Source: Eubacteriales bacterium
GTDB lineage: Bacteria; Bacillota; Clostridia; Oscillospirales; CAG-272
DNA length: 57,825 bases
Direction of reading: 5' to 3'
Assembly: GCA_045591885.1 (NCBI GenBank)
Contig: JAZNTT010000080.1
Coordinates: 1-57,825, forward strand
The notes under the pieces were generated by a model. It ran no database searches, was not told the origin of the DNA, and saw nothing but the letters and a program-made list of their open reading frames with translations. The translations under genes were made by a program, and so were the position numbers. Positions 36,736 through 45,839 of this stretch are shown here, one piece after another (within the stretch, counting starts at the first letter, position 1; the number at the start of each line of letters is the position of its first letter).

Positions 36736-39279
36736 TCACTTATCAGATATCTGTTTGTTATTATGTTTCTCATAATCCTTTGTAAAATATTCTACGATTC
36801 TATGCATCCAGGATCCAAAGTTGTTAAATACTTTCTGAATAAGAGAATCTATAGGATACGCGATCAACATAAGGACTGAGAGAACAAGTACAGCACCAAG
36901 CTTTAGAGGATGCAGGTCAAACATATCAGATAAGAGATATGCCCCACCTACATATAATAGTCCGCAACCGATTACAAGTATCTTATGGATCAAATTAAGT
37001 GGTCGTGCTACTCTTATGAGCATAAGATAAGCAACAAAAGAATAGAGGAAAATTGCAACTGTAGATGACTGTTCAATATCGAGTATCGGTTTGAAGGCGA
37101 ATGCAAATAGCATTGACCAGCCAACAATAATCGCAGCAGATAATGCGGCCGGGAACGCCTTGAAAAGAACGTTTCTCAAGAATTTACCGCTTACTCTGTC
37201 ATGATTGGATTCGAGAGCAAGGAAGAATGAAGGGATTCCGATAAAGAAATAGGATACAAGGGATATCTGAGCTGGCGTAAGCGGGTAATCGGCGACGAGC
37301 GCTATTGTAATTATCGAAAGAATAAAGGAAAAAATGTTCTTGACAAGATAAAGCGAAGCTGATCTCTGAATGTTGTTGATTACTCGTCTGCCCTCATCTA
37401 CTACTGATGGCATGCTTGCAAAGTTGGAGTCAAGAAGAACGAGATCGGAAACGCTTGCTGCGGCTTCACTTCCCGACGCCATTGCTATGCTGCAGTCGGC
37501 ATCCTTTAGCGCCAGAACGTCATTTACGCCGTCTCCGGTCATGGCAACAGTATGGCCTGCCTTTTTCAATGCGCGAATAAATAAGCGCTTCTGCTCTGGA
37601 GTAACGCGCCCGAAGACGTTATATTCAAGAATTGCCTTTGCAACCTTTTCCTTTGTATCAAGCAAAGATGCGTCAACGTATTTATTTGCACCCTCTATAC
37701 CTGCTTCCTCCGCAGCTTTCGAAACGGTGAGCGGGTTATCGCCGGATATGACCTTGATTTGAACGCCCTGTTCTGCGAAATATCGGAACGTCTCCTTTGC
37801 CTCGGGACGGATTCGATTAATCAGAGTAACGAGGGCAACGGGGATAATGACACCGCCCAAAACTCCGTCGTTGAAAATATCGTCTCGTGAGTTTTCAGTG
37901 TATCTGTATTCTGCAAACAGAAGTACTCTCTCTCCAAGCGATGAGTGCTCTTCGATAACGCTTCTGAAACGGGAAAAGTCGTTTTTAAGAATAAATTCGG
38001 GCGCTCCTATCAAATATCCTTCGCCGTTTCCAAAGCTGACTGCACTGTATTTAGTGGCTGATGAAAAGCCTTTGATCGCGTTTGCGCCGCGATAGTTTTT
38101 GTGATCGTCAAAATGCTCTTTCAGAGCAGCCATAGTTATGTTATCATTATCCATATTTAGGACAAAGTCACGAACCAACCGCTCAGCACGGTAAACGTCA
38201 TCAGAGCTATCACCGTCAAGCGGCACAACGCCTTTAACGTGCATCTCCGGCTCTGTAACCGTTCCGGTTTTATCAACGCAGATAACGTCTACGCGTGCCA
38301 GAGTTTCTATACACTTCATATCATGAACGAGAGTCTTTCTTTTTGCAAGACGTATAACACCAAGAGCAAGAGCGATTGAGGTAAGAAGATATAGTCCCTC
38401 AGGAATCATACCAATAACTGATGCGGCTGTTTTTTCAATGCTGACCTTAACCGGATTAGCGGCATCAGAATTAATTTCCATCTGAGTAAAGTACATTGCA
38501 ATCGACATCGGAATTATAAGTATGCCTATTATTTTTATGAGAGTAGTCAAGGACTTCATCATACCAGGGCGCTGTTTCTTTTTCGCACGCTTAGCGTCAA
38601 CGGTCAATTTTGAGGCAAATGATTCATATCCGACTCTAATAAGCTGCGCTTTGCACTTACCGGATACAATGAAGCTGCCTGACAGAAGCTCATCGTCCAG
38701 AGCTTTTTTAATCTCGTCGGATTCTCCAGTGACAAGAGCCTCGTTAACACTGACGCTTCCTTCGCATACTATTGCATCAGCGCAGACCTGATTACCTGCT
38801 TCAAAGATTACAATATCATCAAGCACCAGTTCGTCCGACGTAAGTAGTTCTTCTCTACCATCGCGAATCGTTTTGACAAGTGGAGATGAGACAAGAGAAA
38901 GGTTTTCAAGTGTTTTCTTAGCTCTCAGCTCTTGTATGATACCAATTATAGTATTTATCGCAACAATGGGCAAAAATGTCAGATGTTTAAAAGAACCGAC
39001 TGAAATCAGGAGCGCACCAATTATGAAAAAGATAATGTTAAAATAAGTAAATACGTTTGTGATAATTATCTTTCCGATACTTGTTGATGAGTTGTCTACT
39101 GCATTATTAACGTATCCGTTTTCTTTTCTTTCTCTGACTTGAGAAGAGGTTAATCCGATATCAGGATCCGGATCATAGCGTTCGGCAGATTCGGCAGGCG
39201 GCTGATAAATCTGTTTTTCAAAAAGCGATGATTTGACTCTATCTATTAAAGAGTTATCGCTATCATTTTTTTTGCTCAT
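36736..39279 (-). CDS. Cation-translocating P-type ATPase (type II-like; Ca2+/Mg2+ class not resolved)
   Basis: 847 aa. DKTGTVT phosphorylation site, IPEGL in TM4, MTGDGVNDVLALKDAD hinge. Confidence 0.85.
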   Translation of the reverse strand: MSKKNDSDNSLIDRVKSSLFEKQIYQPPAESAERYDPDPDIGLTSSQVRERKENGYVNNAVDNSSTSIGKIIITNVFTYFNIIFFIIGALLISVGSFKHLTFLPIVAINTIIGIIQELRAKKTLENLSLVSSPLVKTIRDGREELLTSDELVLDDIVIFEAGNQVCADAIVCEGSVSVNEALVTGESDEIKKALDDELLSGSFIVSGKCKAQLIRVGYESFASKLTVDAKRAKKKQRPGMMKSLTTLIKIIGILIIPMSIAMYFTQMEINSDAANPVKVSIEKTAASVIGMIPEGLYLLTSIALALGVIRLAKRKTLVHDMKCIETLARVDVICVDKTGTVTEPEMHVKGVVPLDGDSSDDVYRAERLVRDFVLNMDNDNITMAALKEHFDDHKNYRGANAIKGFSSATKYSAVSFGNGEGYLIGAPEFILKNDFSRFRSVIEEHSSLGERVLLFAEYRYTENSRDDIFNDGVLGGVIIPVALVTLINRIRPEAKETFRYFAEQGVQIKVISGDNPLTVSKAAEEAGIEGANKYVDASLLDTKEKVAKAILEYNVFGRVTPEQKRLFIRALKKAGHTVAMTGDGVNDVLALKDADCSIAMASGSEAAASVSDLVLLDSNFASMPSVVDEGRRVINNIQRSASLYLVKNIFSFILSIITIALVADYPLTPAQISLVSYFFIGIPSFFLALESNHDRVSGKFLRNVLFKAFPAALSAAIIVGWSMLFAFAFKPILDIEQSSTVAIFLYSFVAYLMLIRVARPLNLIHKILVIGCGLLYVGGAYLLSDMFDLHPLKLGAVLVLSVLMLIAYPIDSLIQKVFNNFGSWMHRIVEYFTKDYEKHNNKQISDK

Positions 39280-39383
39280 AATTTACCTCATTTCGGAGAT
39301 ATTATATATTAATATTATAACACAACGCTTGACAAGTTGTAAATACCTTAATATATTATTTTCTTTTAACAAGAGGTAGCTAA

Positions 39384-39821
39384 ATGAATAATAAGACAGA
39401 TTACTCAAAATACAGCGAGAAACGCGCAAAGAAATCTCCTCTGTTGACAGACGTTTTAAAGGCATATTTAGTAGGCGGATTAATATGCACATTCGGTCAA
39501 GGCCTGACAGAAATATATACCGCGTTAAATTTGAAAGCAGATACTGTTAAAACCCTTGTTCCTGTTACATTGATTTTTATTGCATCTTTGCTTACAGGAC
39601 TTGGTGTATTTGACAATATAGCGAAATTTGCAGGAGCAGGAACTCTTGTTCCGATTACCGGCTTTGCAAACGGAGTTGTATCACCCTCACTTGATAGTAA
39701 AGGAGAGGGCTTTGTATTGGGTGTTGGAGCAAATATGTTTAAGATAGCGGGACCTGTTATTGCGTATGGAACGGTTGCAAGCGTTATTTACGGAAGCATC
39801 TATTGGTTAACGACTTTATAA
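39384..39821 (+). CDS. spoVAC: Stage V sporulation protein AC
   Basis: 145 aa. YLVGGLICTFGQ, GAGTLVPITGFANGVVSP are characteristic SpoVAC segments. Confidence 0.85.
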   Translation: MNNKTDYSKYSEKRAKKSPLLTDVLKAYLVGGLICTFGQGLTEIYTALNLKADTVKTLVPVTLIFIASLLTGLGVFDNIAKFAGAGTLVPITGFANGVVSPSLDSKGEGFVLGVGANMFKIAGPVIAYGTVASVIYGSIYWLTTL

Positions 39822-39837
39822 TAAAATTCGAATAGAT

Positions 39838-39872
39838 TAAAAAAGCTTGACCATTTTGGTCAAGCTTTTTTA
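39838..39872. terminator. Bidirectional terminator
   Basis: AAGCTTGACC..GGTCAAGCTT hairpin with A/T runs. Confidence 0.8.
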
Positions 39873-39879
39873 ATCGGTA

Positions 39880-40509
39880 TTAAATACCAATGGGTTTGTC
39901 GGTATACAGTGCTTCCTTATAGGTGATCTCGTCAGTAATGCCAAGTGCCGGAACAACGTAGGATAGAACTTGATTCGCGAAGGTTTCGGTACCAATTGGA
40001 GTATAATAATGCACTGCATCGGAATGGGCATCGTCGGGTAGAGAAATCGAAACAGCATACAAATCATTTACCACAAAGCCGTGTTTCTTAACGATCTCAA
40101 CGGCAACCTTGTTATAGGCTTCAATTTCCTCATTATATCGCTTAAAGTTTATGCTCGTTTTCTCAGACTGTACAGACGTAGAGGTTGCAAATATAACCTT
40201 AGCATCAGGAAACAATTTCTTGATACGAACGCATATACGCTCTATATAATAGGCGTAAACCTCGATCGGTGTATGTGGGTCTTCCTCAAACAAACGAAGG
40301 CAATCCCATAGACCGGCATTCCAATGAATCACGTCAACCTTGCCGTCCTCAATAAGTGATCTGTATTCATGAAGATAACGGAGGACGTATGACGCAAAGC
40401 GCGTATTTTCGTCAGGAAAATATACATTTGCCTTTCCATCAAGTGTTTTTTTTACGGCTTTGTCGTATCCCATACGAATGGAATCGCCAAGAATTAAAAG
40501 ATTTTTCAT
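39880..40509 (-). CDS. SGNH/GDSL-family hydrolase
   Basis: 209 aa. N-terminal ILGDSI block I. DAVHY near the C-terminus (block V DxxH). Confidence 0.7.
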   Translation of the reverse strand: MKNLLILGDSIRMGYDKAVKKTLDGKANVYFPDENTRFASYVLRYLHEYRSLIEDGKVDVIHWNAGLWDCLRLFEEDPHTPIEVYAYYIERICVRIKKLFPDAKVIFATSTSVQSEKTSINFKRYNEEIEAYNKVAVEIVKKHGFVVNDLYAVSISLPDDAHSDAVHYYTPIGTETFANQVLSYVVPALGITDEITYKEALYTDKPIGI

Positions 40510-40539
40510 AATGAGTACCTCTTTAAATATTATTTGTTA

Positions 40540-41753
40540 TTAAATCTTGTTTGAATATAGCTTCGCAAGACCACCCTCGGATGTTTCACGGTAAAGATGC
40601 GAAAGATCTTTTCCGGTTTGGTACATCGTCTCAACAACGACATCAAACGAAACCTTACGGCTCGCGAATAGGAAGTTTGAAAGTGAAAGGGCGTTGATTG
40701 CACGCATAGCGGCGACCGCATTTCTTTCTATGCACGGTATTTGAACCAAACCGCATACGGGATCACAGGTCAGCCCGAGATGATGCTCCATTGCTACCTC
40801 TGCGGCGTACTCAATCTGGTCAATTCCCATTTCAAACAGCTCGCAAAGCGCCGCTGCCGCCATACTGCATGCAGTACCTATCTCAGCTTGGCATCCACAT
40901 TCAGCTCCGCTAATTGATGCGTTAGTGCTTACAAGGTTTCCAATCAGTCCAGCAACGGCGAGTGCGCGCAATATATCGCTGTCAGAGAAGTGATTTTTAT
41001 CTTGCATATATTTCAGTACTGCCGGCACAACTCCGGAAGCGCCACAGGTTGGCGCGGTCACGATAATTCCGCAATCTGCGTTCTGTTCGCTTACTGCAAA
41101 TGCGTATGAGCAAACGAGACGGTTTTCCTTTGTCTGGGGGCTTTCGTCAATGTGCTTTTGATTAAAAAGGAACTGTGCCTTTCTTTCAACGTCAAGTCCA
41201 CCCGGAATAATCCCCGTCTTGCTGAGCCCCTCGGAAATTGAATTCTGCATCGTTTTCCAAACCTCAAGTAAATATGTTTTTATGTCACTGCCCTCGTGAT
41301 CAAAGACATAATCTGAAAGACGGATATTTTTCGATTTGCAATATGAAGCAATTTCAGTGAAGGTTTTATGAGAATATATATCTTCAGGGTAAAGGCATTC
41401 GTCACCGTCGGCTCGTATTTCCCCGCCGCCAATACTGTAATAACGTTTTCTGCCCTGCTCTGTGCCGCTTTTAAAAGCTATGAAATGACGGTGTTTGGAT
41501 GAGCAAAGTCGTTCATTTCTTCATTGTAAACGATCTCTACGCTTACTTTACCAATAGTTTCCTTTATTGCCCTGTCCGTTGCGTGACCTTTACCGGTTTT
41601 TGCAAGTGAACCGTAAAGAATAACTCGTACCTCATCTACATCAGGATATTCGTTAAGAAAATTAGAAGCAGCATAGGACGGCCCCATAGTATGAGAGCTT
41701 GACGGCCCATAACCGATTTTATAAATGGTTTTGATAGATTTAATAACGTACAC
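40540..41753 (-). pseudogene. sdaA: L-serine ammonia-lyase (iron-sulfur type, single chain), interrupted by a 1-nt frameshift
   Basis: The N-fragment (41478-41753) has [12 protein letters not shown]. The remainder continues in another frame with no stop: ..AFKSGTEQGRKRYYSIGGGEI.. into ORF 40540-41250 ([23 protein letters not shown]). Total length is 1214 nt, which is not a multiple of 3. Confidence 0.8.
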
Positions 41754-42147
41754 CTCATTTAGTTATGTCATAATTGTATCATAAACTAATCAGATTGTAA
41801 ACATGTATTAAAAAATAGAAATCAAAACCATATCAATGTATATCACATAAATGACAAAAAAACTAAAATAGCACCCGCTTTTCAGGTGCTTTTTCTGTTT
41901 ATGAGCGAAAAATAAGATATTTTACGCAGTTTTGCGTATGAATTCGAGCTCTCACATAATCGTTAGTTATAAGCAAATCGCTCGCTTGCGCTCACGGTGA
42001 AATAATTTGCTCCGAAATTGTGAAATTTGATGCTGTCGCATCAAGTAAAATTAAATCCACCCACCGCCGTAGCGATTTCACCCGGACGAAGTGAGGATTT
42101 CACATTGCAAAGCAATATTTCATTCACCCGAAAGGGTGGATTTAGTT

Positions 42148-42180
42148 GAAAAACCGACAAGTCGAAACTTGTCGGTTTTC
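42148..42180 (-). terminator. Terminator after tRNA-Gln (bidirectional shape)
   Basis: AAACCGACAAGT-CGAA-ACTTGTCGGTTT hairpin. Confidence 0.8.
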
Positions 42181-42254
42181 TGGCTGGGGATGAAGGATTT
42201 GAACCCTCACAAACAGAGTCAGAGTCTGTCGTGCTGCCATTACACAAATCCCCA
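42181..42254 (-). tRNA. tRNA-Gln (anticodon CTG)
   Basis: Minus strand reads TGGGGAT..ATCCCCA-G-CCA acceptor, anticodon stem ACAGA/TCTGT with loop CTCTGAC, T-loop TTCAAAT. Confidence 0.9.
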
Positions 42255-42266
42255 TCAACAGGAGAC

Positions 42267-42295
42267 ATTATAACAGATTCAAACCAATTTGTCAA
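42267..42295 (-). promoter_or_regulatory. Consensus promoter of tRNA-Gln
   Basis: TTGACA(42290-42295)-17nt-TATAAT(42267-42272) on the minus strand, ~12 nt before the tRNA 5' end. Confidence 0.75.
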
Positions 42296-42313
42296 TAGAA
42301 AAACGGAAGATTT

Positions 42314-43219
42314 TTAAACTTTTTTTAGAAGTTTTAGAATTAATGCTTTTCTCTGGTCCATGTACGAATATGCTTTTTCGAAATCACCGAGTGCGACAGC
42401 TGTTTTTTCAAGTAAGGTGAGCAAATAGGAACGTATCGGCGACGGCAAAATGCCGGAATTTGCTTCAATAAATCTCGAATAAGCACCGCGGTTATCATTC
42501 ATTTTCAACTTTAAAATACCGTCGGTCAGGTATAGATACGCCTTGTTTTCATAAAGAGGCATCTCAGCTGCACCGCTCAACACATCTGTATTGGTGTTTT
42601 CTGACAACTGAACAAATCGTGCAAAGTTAACAATGTCGCATGAAGAAAGCGCATAATTTGATACCCGTGAAATAAATTGAACTTCTTTTCCGCTTTCGTA
42701 TGAAAATGTAAACCCGTCAAGCAATGCTCGGTAGGTCTTACCCTCATTAATCATGTGCTTTTCGAGCAGGTCTTCTCTTTTCAGTGCGTCCGAAATGAGC
42801 TTCTGCGCTTCCTTAATAGGCGCGTTTCCGTTCATCTTATCGACGCCAAGAAGATACATAGATCTAACCGTGTAAATGTCTTTTTCGTCAGGATAATATT
42901 CCAGACCATCAAGATATTGAAGGCAAAGATCATAGTTCCCTGCAGCAAACTCTTTCTTAATCATTGAGAGTAGACGCTCGTTCTTAAGCTTTGTTCCGTC
43001 ATCGTGATCGTCTGTCAAATACCCGACCGGCACCGATAGGCGGGTTGAGATGGCTTCAAGTGTTGACAGAGACGGAAGGGCTTCACCGTTTTCTATACGG
43101 CTTAGCATGTTGCGCGTGACAATGCCCTCGGAAAGCTCCTTCTGAGTCATTCCGAGCTCGTTTCTTATTGCTTTAATCTTGTCACCAAGCTTTGAAAACG
43201 GTTCGCCACGGTATTTCAT
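42314..43219 (-). CDS. XRE-type HTH regulator with helical-repeat (TPR-like) C-domain
   Basis: 301 aa. IRNELGMTQKELSEGIVTRNMLSRIENG HTH, followed by ~230 aa of repeated helices. Confidence 0.7.
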   Translation of the reverse strand: MKYRGEPFSKLGDKIKAIRNELGMTQKELSEGIVTRNMLSRIENGEALPSLSTLEAISTRLSVPVGYLTDDHDDGTKLKNERLLSMIKKEFAAGNYDLCLQYLDGLEYYPDEKDIYTVRSMYLLGVDKMNGNAPIKEAQKLISDALKREDLLEKHMINEGKTYRALLDGFTFSYESGKEVQFISRVSNYALSSCDIVNFARFVQLSENTNTDVLSGAAEMPLYENKAYLYLTDGILKLKMNDNRGAYSRFIEANSGILPSPIRSYLLTLLEKTAVALGDFEKAYSYMDQRKALILKLLKKV

Positions 43220-43235
43220 AAATTTCTGCCTTTAC

Positions 43236-43889
43236 TTATTCATCACTGCGTAGAGTTAATTTAGCTTCGATTTCTTTTGATTTTGTTTCAAGTGTGCTAA
43301 GAAGAGCTTCAGATCTGGATTTAAGGTTATCTGCAACGCTCTCCAGCTTAATATTTGTTTCGCCTATAACAGCACCGTATTGTGTGACACATTCAATGGC
43401 AAAATCCCTTACTTTCGAGTTAACATTGCAAATTATCTCGTCTCTTAGCTTATTAGCCTCTTCCTTAACACTATTCGCGTAGGTATCTGCTTCGCTTCTT
43501 ATAAGTGCGGCTTGGTCATTTGCTTCTGCTACTATTTTTTCGGCGTTCGTATTTGCAGAAATAATGATGTTACCCACCTGAGCACTCATCTCATCATAAA
43601 TTTTGCTCTTTTCCGCTTCATTCTTTACTGCGTTTTCCTCGTTAATACGACTAATTTCGTTATTTGCATCCTCGAGTTTTGTTAAAAGCTCATTATATTC
43701 CTCATTTGTATGCTCGGGAATTGGCTGTTCAAGAGCGCATTTTAGTTTAGCTTCAAGCTCGGAAATATATGCATGCATATCCGCTTCTTTTCGCGCAAAT
43801 ATACCGTTCAACTGCTCGATATATGCGTTAACGTCGTCACGGTTATATCCTCTGAACGACTCTCTGAATCTGATTTCGCGATTATTCAC
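43236..43889 (-). CDS. DivIVA-domain coiled-coil protein
   Basis: 217 aa. N-terminal FRESFRGYNRDDVNAYIEQL DivIVA motif, then coiled coil. Start overlaps the ygiQ stop by 4 nt. Confidence 0.7.
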   Translation of the reverse strand: MNNREIRFRESFRGYNRDDVNAYIEQLNGIFARKEADMHAYISELEAKLKCALEQPIPEHTNEEYNELLTKLEDANNEISRINEENAVKNEAEKSKIYDEMSAQVGNIIISANTNAEKIVAEANDQAALIRSEADTYANSVKEEANKLRDEIICNVNSKVRDFAIECVTQYGAVIGETNIKLESVADNLKSRSEALLSTLETKSKEIEAKLTLRSDE

Positions 43890-45805
43890 TTCAACTTACC
43901 GTTCCTTCTACTCTTATTTATCTTCTTATTATTATCGAATTTAGAATTTTTATTATTTTTCCTTCCAACATTTCTTCTGATTTCGGCAAAATTCGACCTT
44001 CTAAACGCAGCAGGTGCTACAAGGCAATCCTTTCCTGTTCCGATAAGTTCTTCTCTCTTGCAAATACGGATCGCCTCGCGTATAAGATCATGGTTTTCTT
44101 TTCTGTTATACTGGAGTAACGCCCTTTGAAGCTGCTTTTCTTTATAATCCGTTGTGCAATAAACGGGTTTGCCGCTCAACGGATTAATACCCGTATAATA
44201 CATTACGGTGGAAACTGTCCCGGGGGTCGGGTAAAAATCTTGAACCTGTTCGGGACGTATTCCGTTTCTCTTGAGATACAAAGCAATTTCAAGCGCATCA
44301 TTAAGCGTGCTGCCGGGATGACTGGACATCAGATATGGAACAATATACTGTTCCTTTCCGCACTCTTCACTATACTTGAAGTATCTTTCCTTGAACTTTT
44401 CGTAAACCTTCACGCTCGGCTTACCCATCATGTTAAGGACGTTATCGCAGATATGCTCGGGAGCGACCTTAAGCTGACCGCTTACGTGGTCGGTTACAAG
44501 CTTGCGGAAAAAGGTTGGATCCTTATCCTCAAGCATATAGTCGTAGCGAATTCCCGAACGGATAAATACCTTTTTTACACCTTTTACGCGCTCGATCGCG
44601 CGGAGAAGCTCGATATATTCTGTGTGATCCGCCTTAAGGTTTTTACAAGGCGTGGGGGCAAGGCATTTTCGGTTAAGACAAACGCCGTCCTTAAGCTGTT
44701 TTTCGCAGGCGGGACCTCTGAAGTTTGCGGTCGGACCGCCCACGTCATGGATATATCCCTTGAAATCGGGCATTGAAGCAATTAGCTCGGCTTCTTTTAC
44801 ACAAGATTCAATGCTACGAGATCGCACAGTTCTTCCCTGATGGAATGTGAGCGCACAGAAATTACAGCCGCCGAAGCAGCCGCGGTTGTGTGCTATTGAA
44901 AACCTGACCTCTTCGATGCCGGGTACACCTCCAGCCTTTTCATACATAGGATGATAGGTTCTCGTATAAGGAAGCGCGTAAACAGCGTCAAGCTCTTCCC
45001 TTTCAAGAGGCGGCATTGGTGGATTTTGAACAAGCATTTTACCATCGTATATTTCGATAACCGCTTTTCCGCTTATACTGTCCTGGTTAAGATATTGGAT
45101 CTTGTATGCCTCTGCATACTTTTTCTTATCGGTCTTTAGCTCGTCATAGGTAAAGGTATCAACTCGCGGAAAATGTACCTTATCGTCAATCGAAGTAAGG
45201 TACACTGTTCCTCTGACATCGTGTATCTTCTTTACAGGCACACCCTTATCAAGAAGTGAGGCGATTCGCAGCAGAATATTTTCGCCCATACCGTACGTCA
45301 GAATGTCAGCACGGCTGTCAACGAGAATACTTCTTCTTACCTTGTCGTCCCAATAATCGTAATGTGCAAATCGACGAAGCGACGCTTCAAGACCGCCTAT
45401 AATTATCGGAACGTCGCCGTATGCTTCTCTTATTCGATTACAATACACTATCACAGCGCGGTCGGGACGGTTTCCCATCTTTCCGCCGGGTGAATAGTAA
45501 TCATAGTTGCGTTTTTTCTTTGATACCGTATAATGCGCGACCATAGAGTCGATATTACCGGCGCTTACGAGAAATCCAAGGCGCGGCTTGCCGAAACGCT
45601 TGAAATCACCAGCGCTCTTGTAATCGGGCTGTGAAAGCATAGCTATTCTAAAGCCTGCATTTTCAAGCACTCTCGAGATGATTGCCGGCCCAAAGGACGG
45701 ATGGTCAACGTAAGCGTCTCCGTTAACGTAGACGAAATCGGGTCTATCCCATCCGCGCTCTGTCATTTCTTCGCGCGTAACGGGCAGAAACATATTATCC
45801 TTCAT
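43886..45805 (-). CDS. ygiQ: YgiQ-family (UPF0313) radical SAM protein
   Basis: 639 aa. N-terminal FLPVTREEM..DFVYVNGDAYVDHPSFG, CxxxCxxC (CFGGCNFC). Basic Lys/Asn-rich tail. Confidence 0.85.
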   Translation of the reverse strand: MKDNMFLPVTREEMTERGWDRPDFVYVNGDAYVDHPSFGPAIISRVLENAGFRIAMLSQPDYKSAGDFKRFGKPRLGFLVSAGNIDSMVAHYTVSKKKRNYDYYSPGGKMGNRPDRAVIVYCNRIREAYGDVPIIIGGLEASLRRFAHYDYWDDKVRRSILVDSRADILTYGMGENILLRIASLLDKGVPVKKIHDVRGTVYLTSIDDKVHFPRVDTFTYDELKTDKKKYAEAYKIQYLNQDSISGKAVIEIYDGKMLVQNPPMPPLEREELDAVYALPYTRTYHPMYEKAGGVPGIEEVRFSIAHNRGCFGGCNFCALTFHQGRTVRSRSIESCVKEAELIASMPDFKGYIHDVGGPTANFRGPACEKQLKDGVCLNRKCLAPTPCKNLKADHTEYIELLRAIERVKGVKKVFIRSGIRYDYMLEDKDPTFFRKLVTDHVSGQLKVAPEHICDNVLNMMGKPSVKVYEKFKERYFKYSEECGKEQYIVPYLMSSHPGSTLNDALEIALYLKRNGIRPEQVQDFYPTPGTVSTVMYYTGINPLSGKPVYCTTDYKEKQLQRALLQYNRKENHDLIREAIRICKREELIGTGKDCLVAPAAFRRSNFAEIRRNVGRKNNKNSKFDNNKKINKSRRNGKLK

Positions 45806-45839
45806 ACCGGCAACCTCCTTTAAGTGTTTTCATAAAAAT

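Noticed and set aside
39283-39492. 69-aa minus-strand ORF in the ATPase/spoVAC divergent region
   Set aside because: It overlaps the spoVAC start and both promoters. It has an AT-rich, low-complexity translation and no RBS.
42041-42295. 84-aa minus-strand ORF (and 60-aa plus-strand ORF 42091-42273)
   Set aside because: They run straight through tRNA-Gln and its terminator and promoter, so they are not coding.
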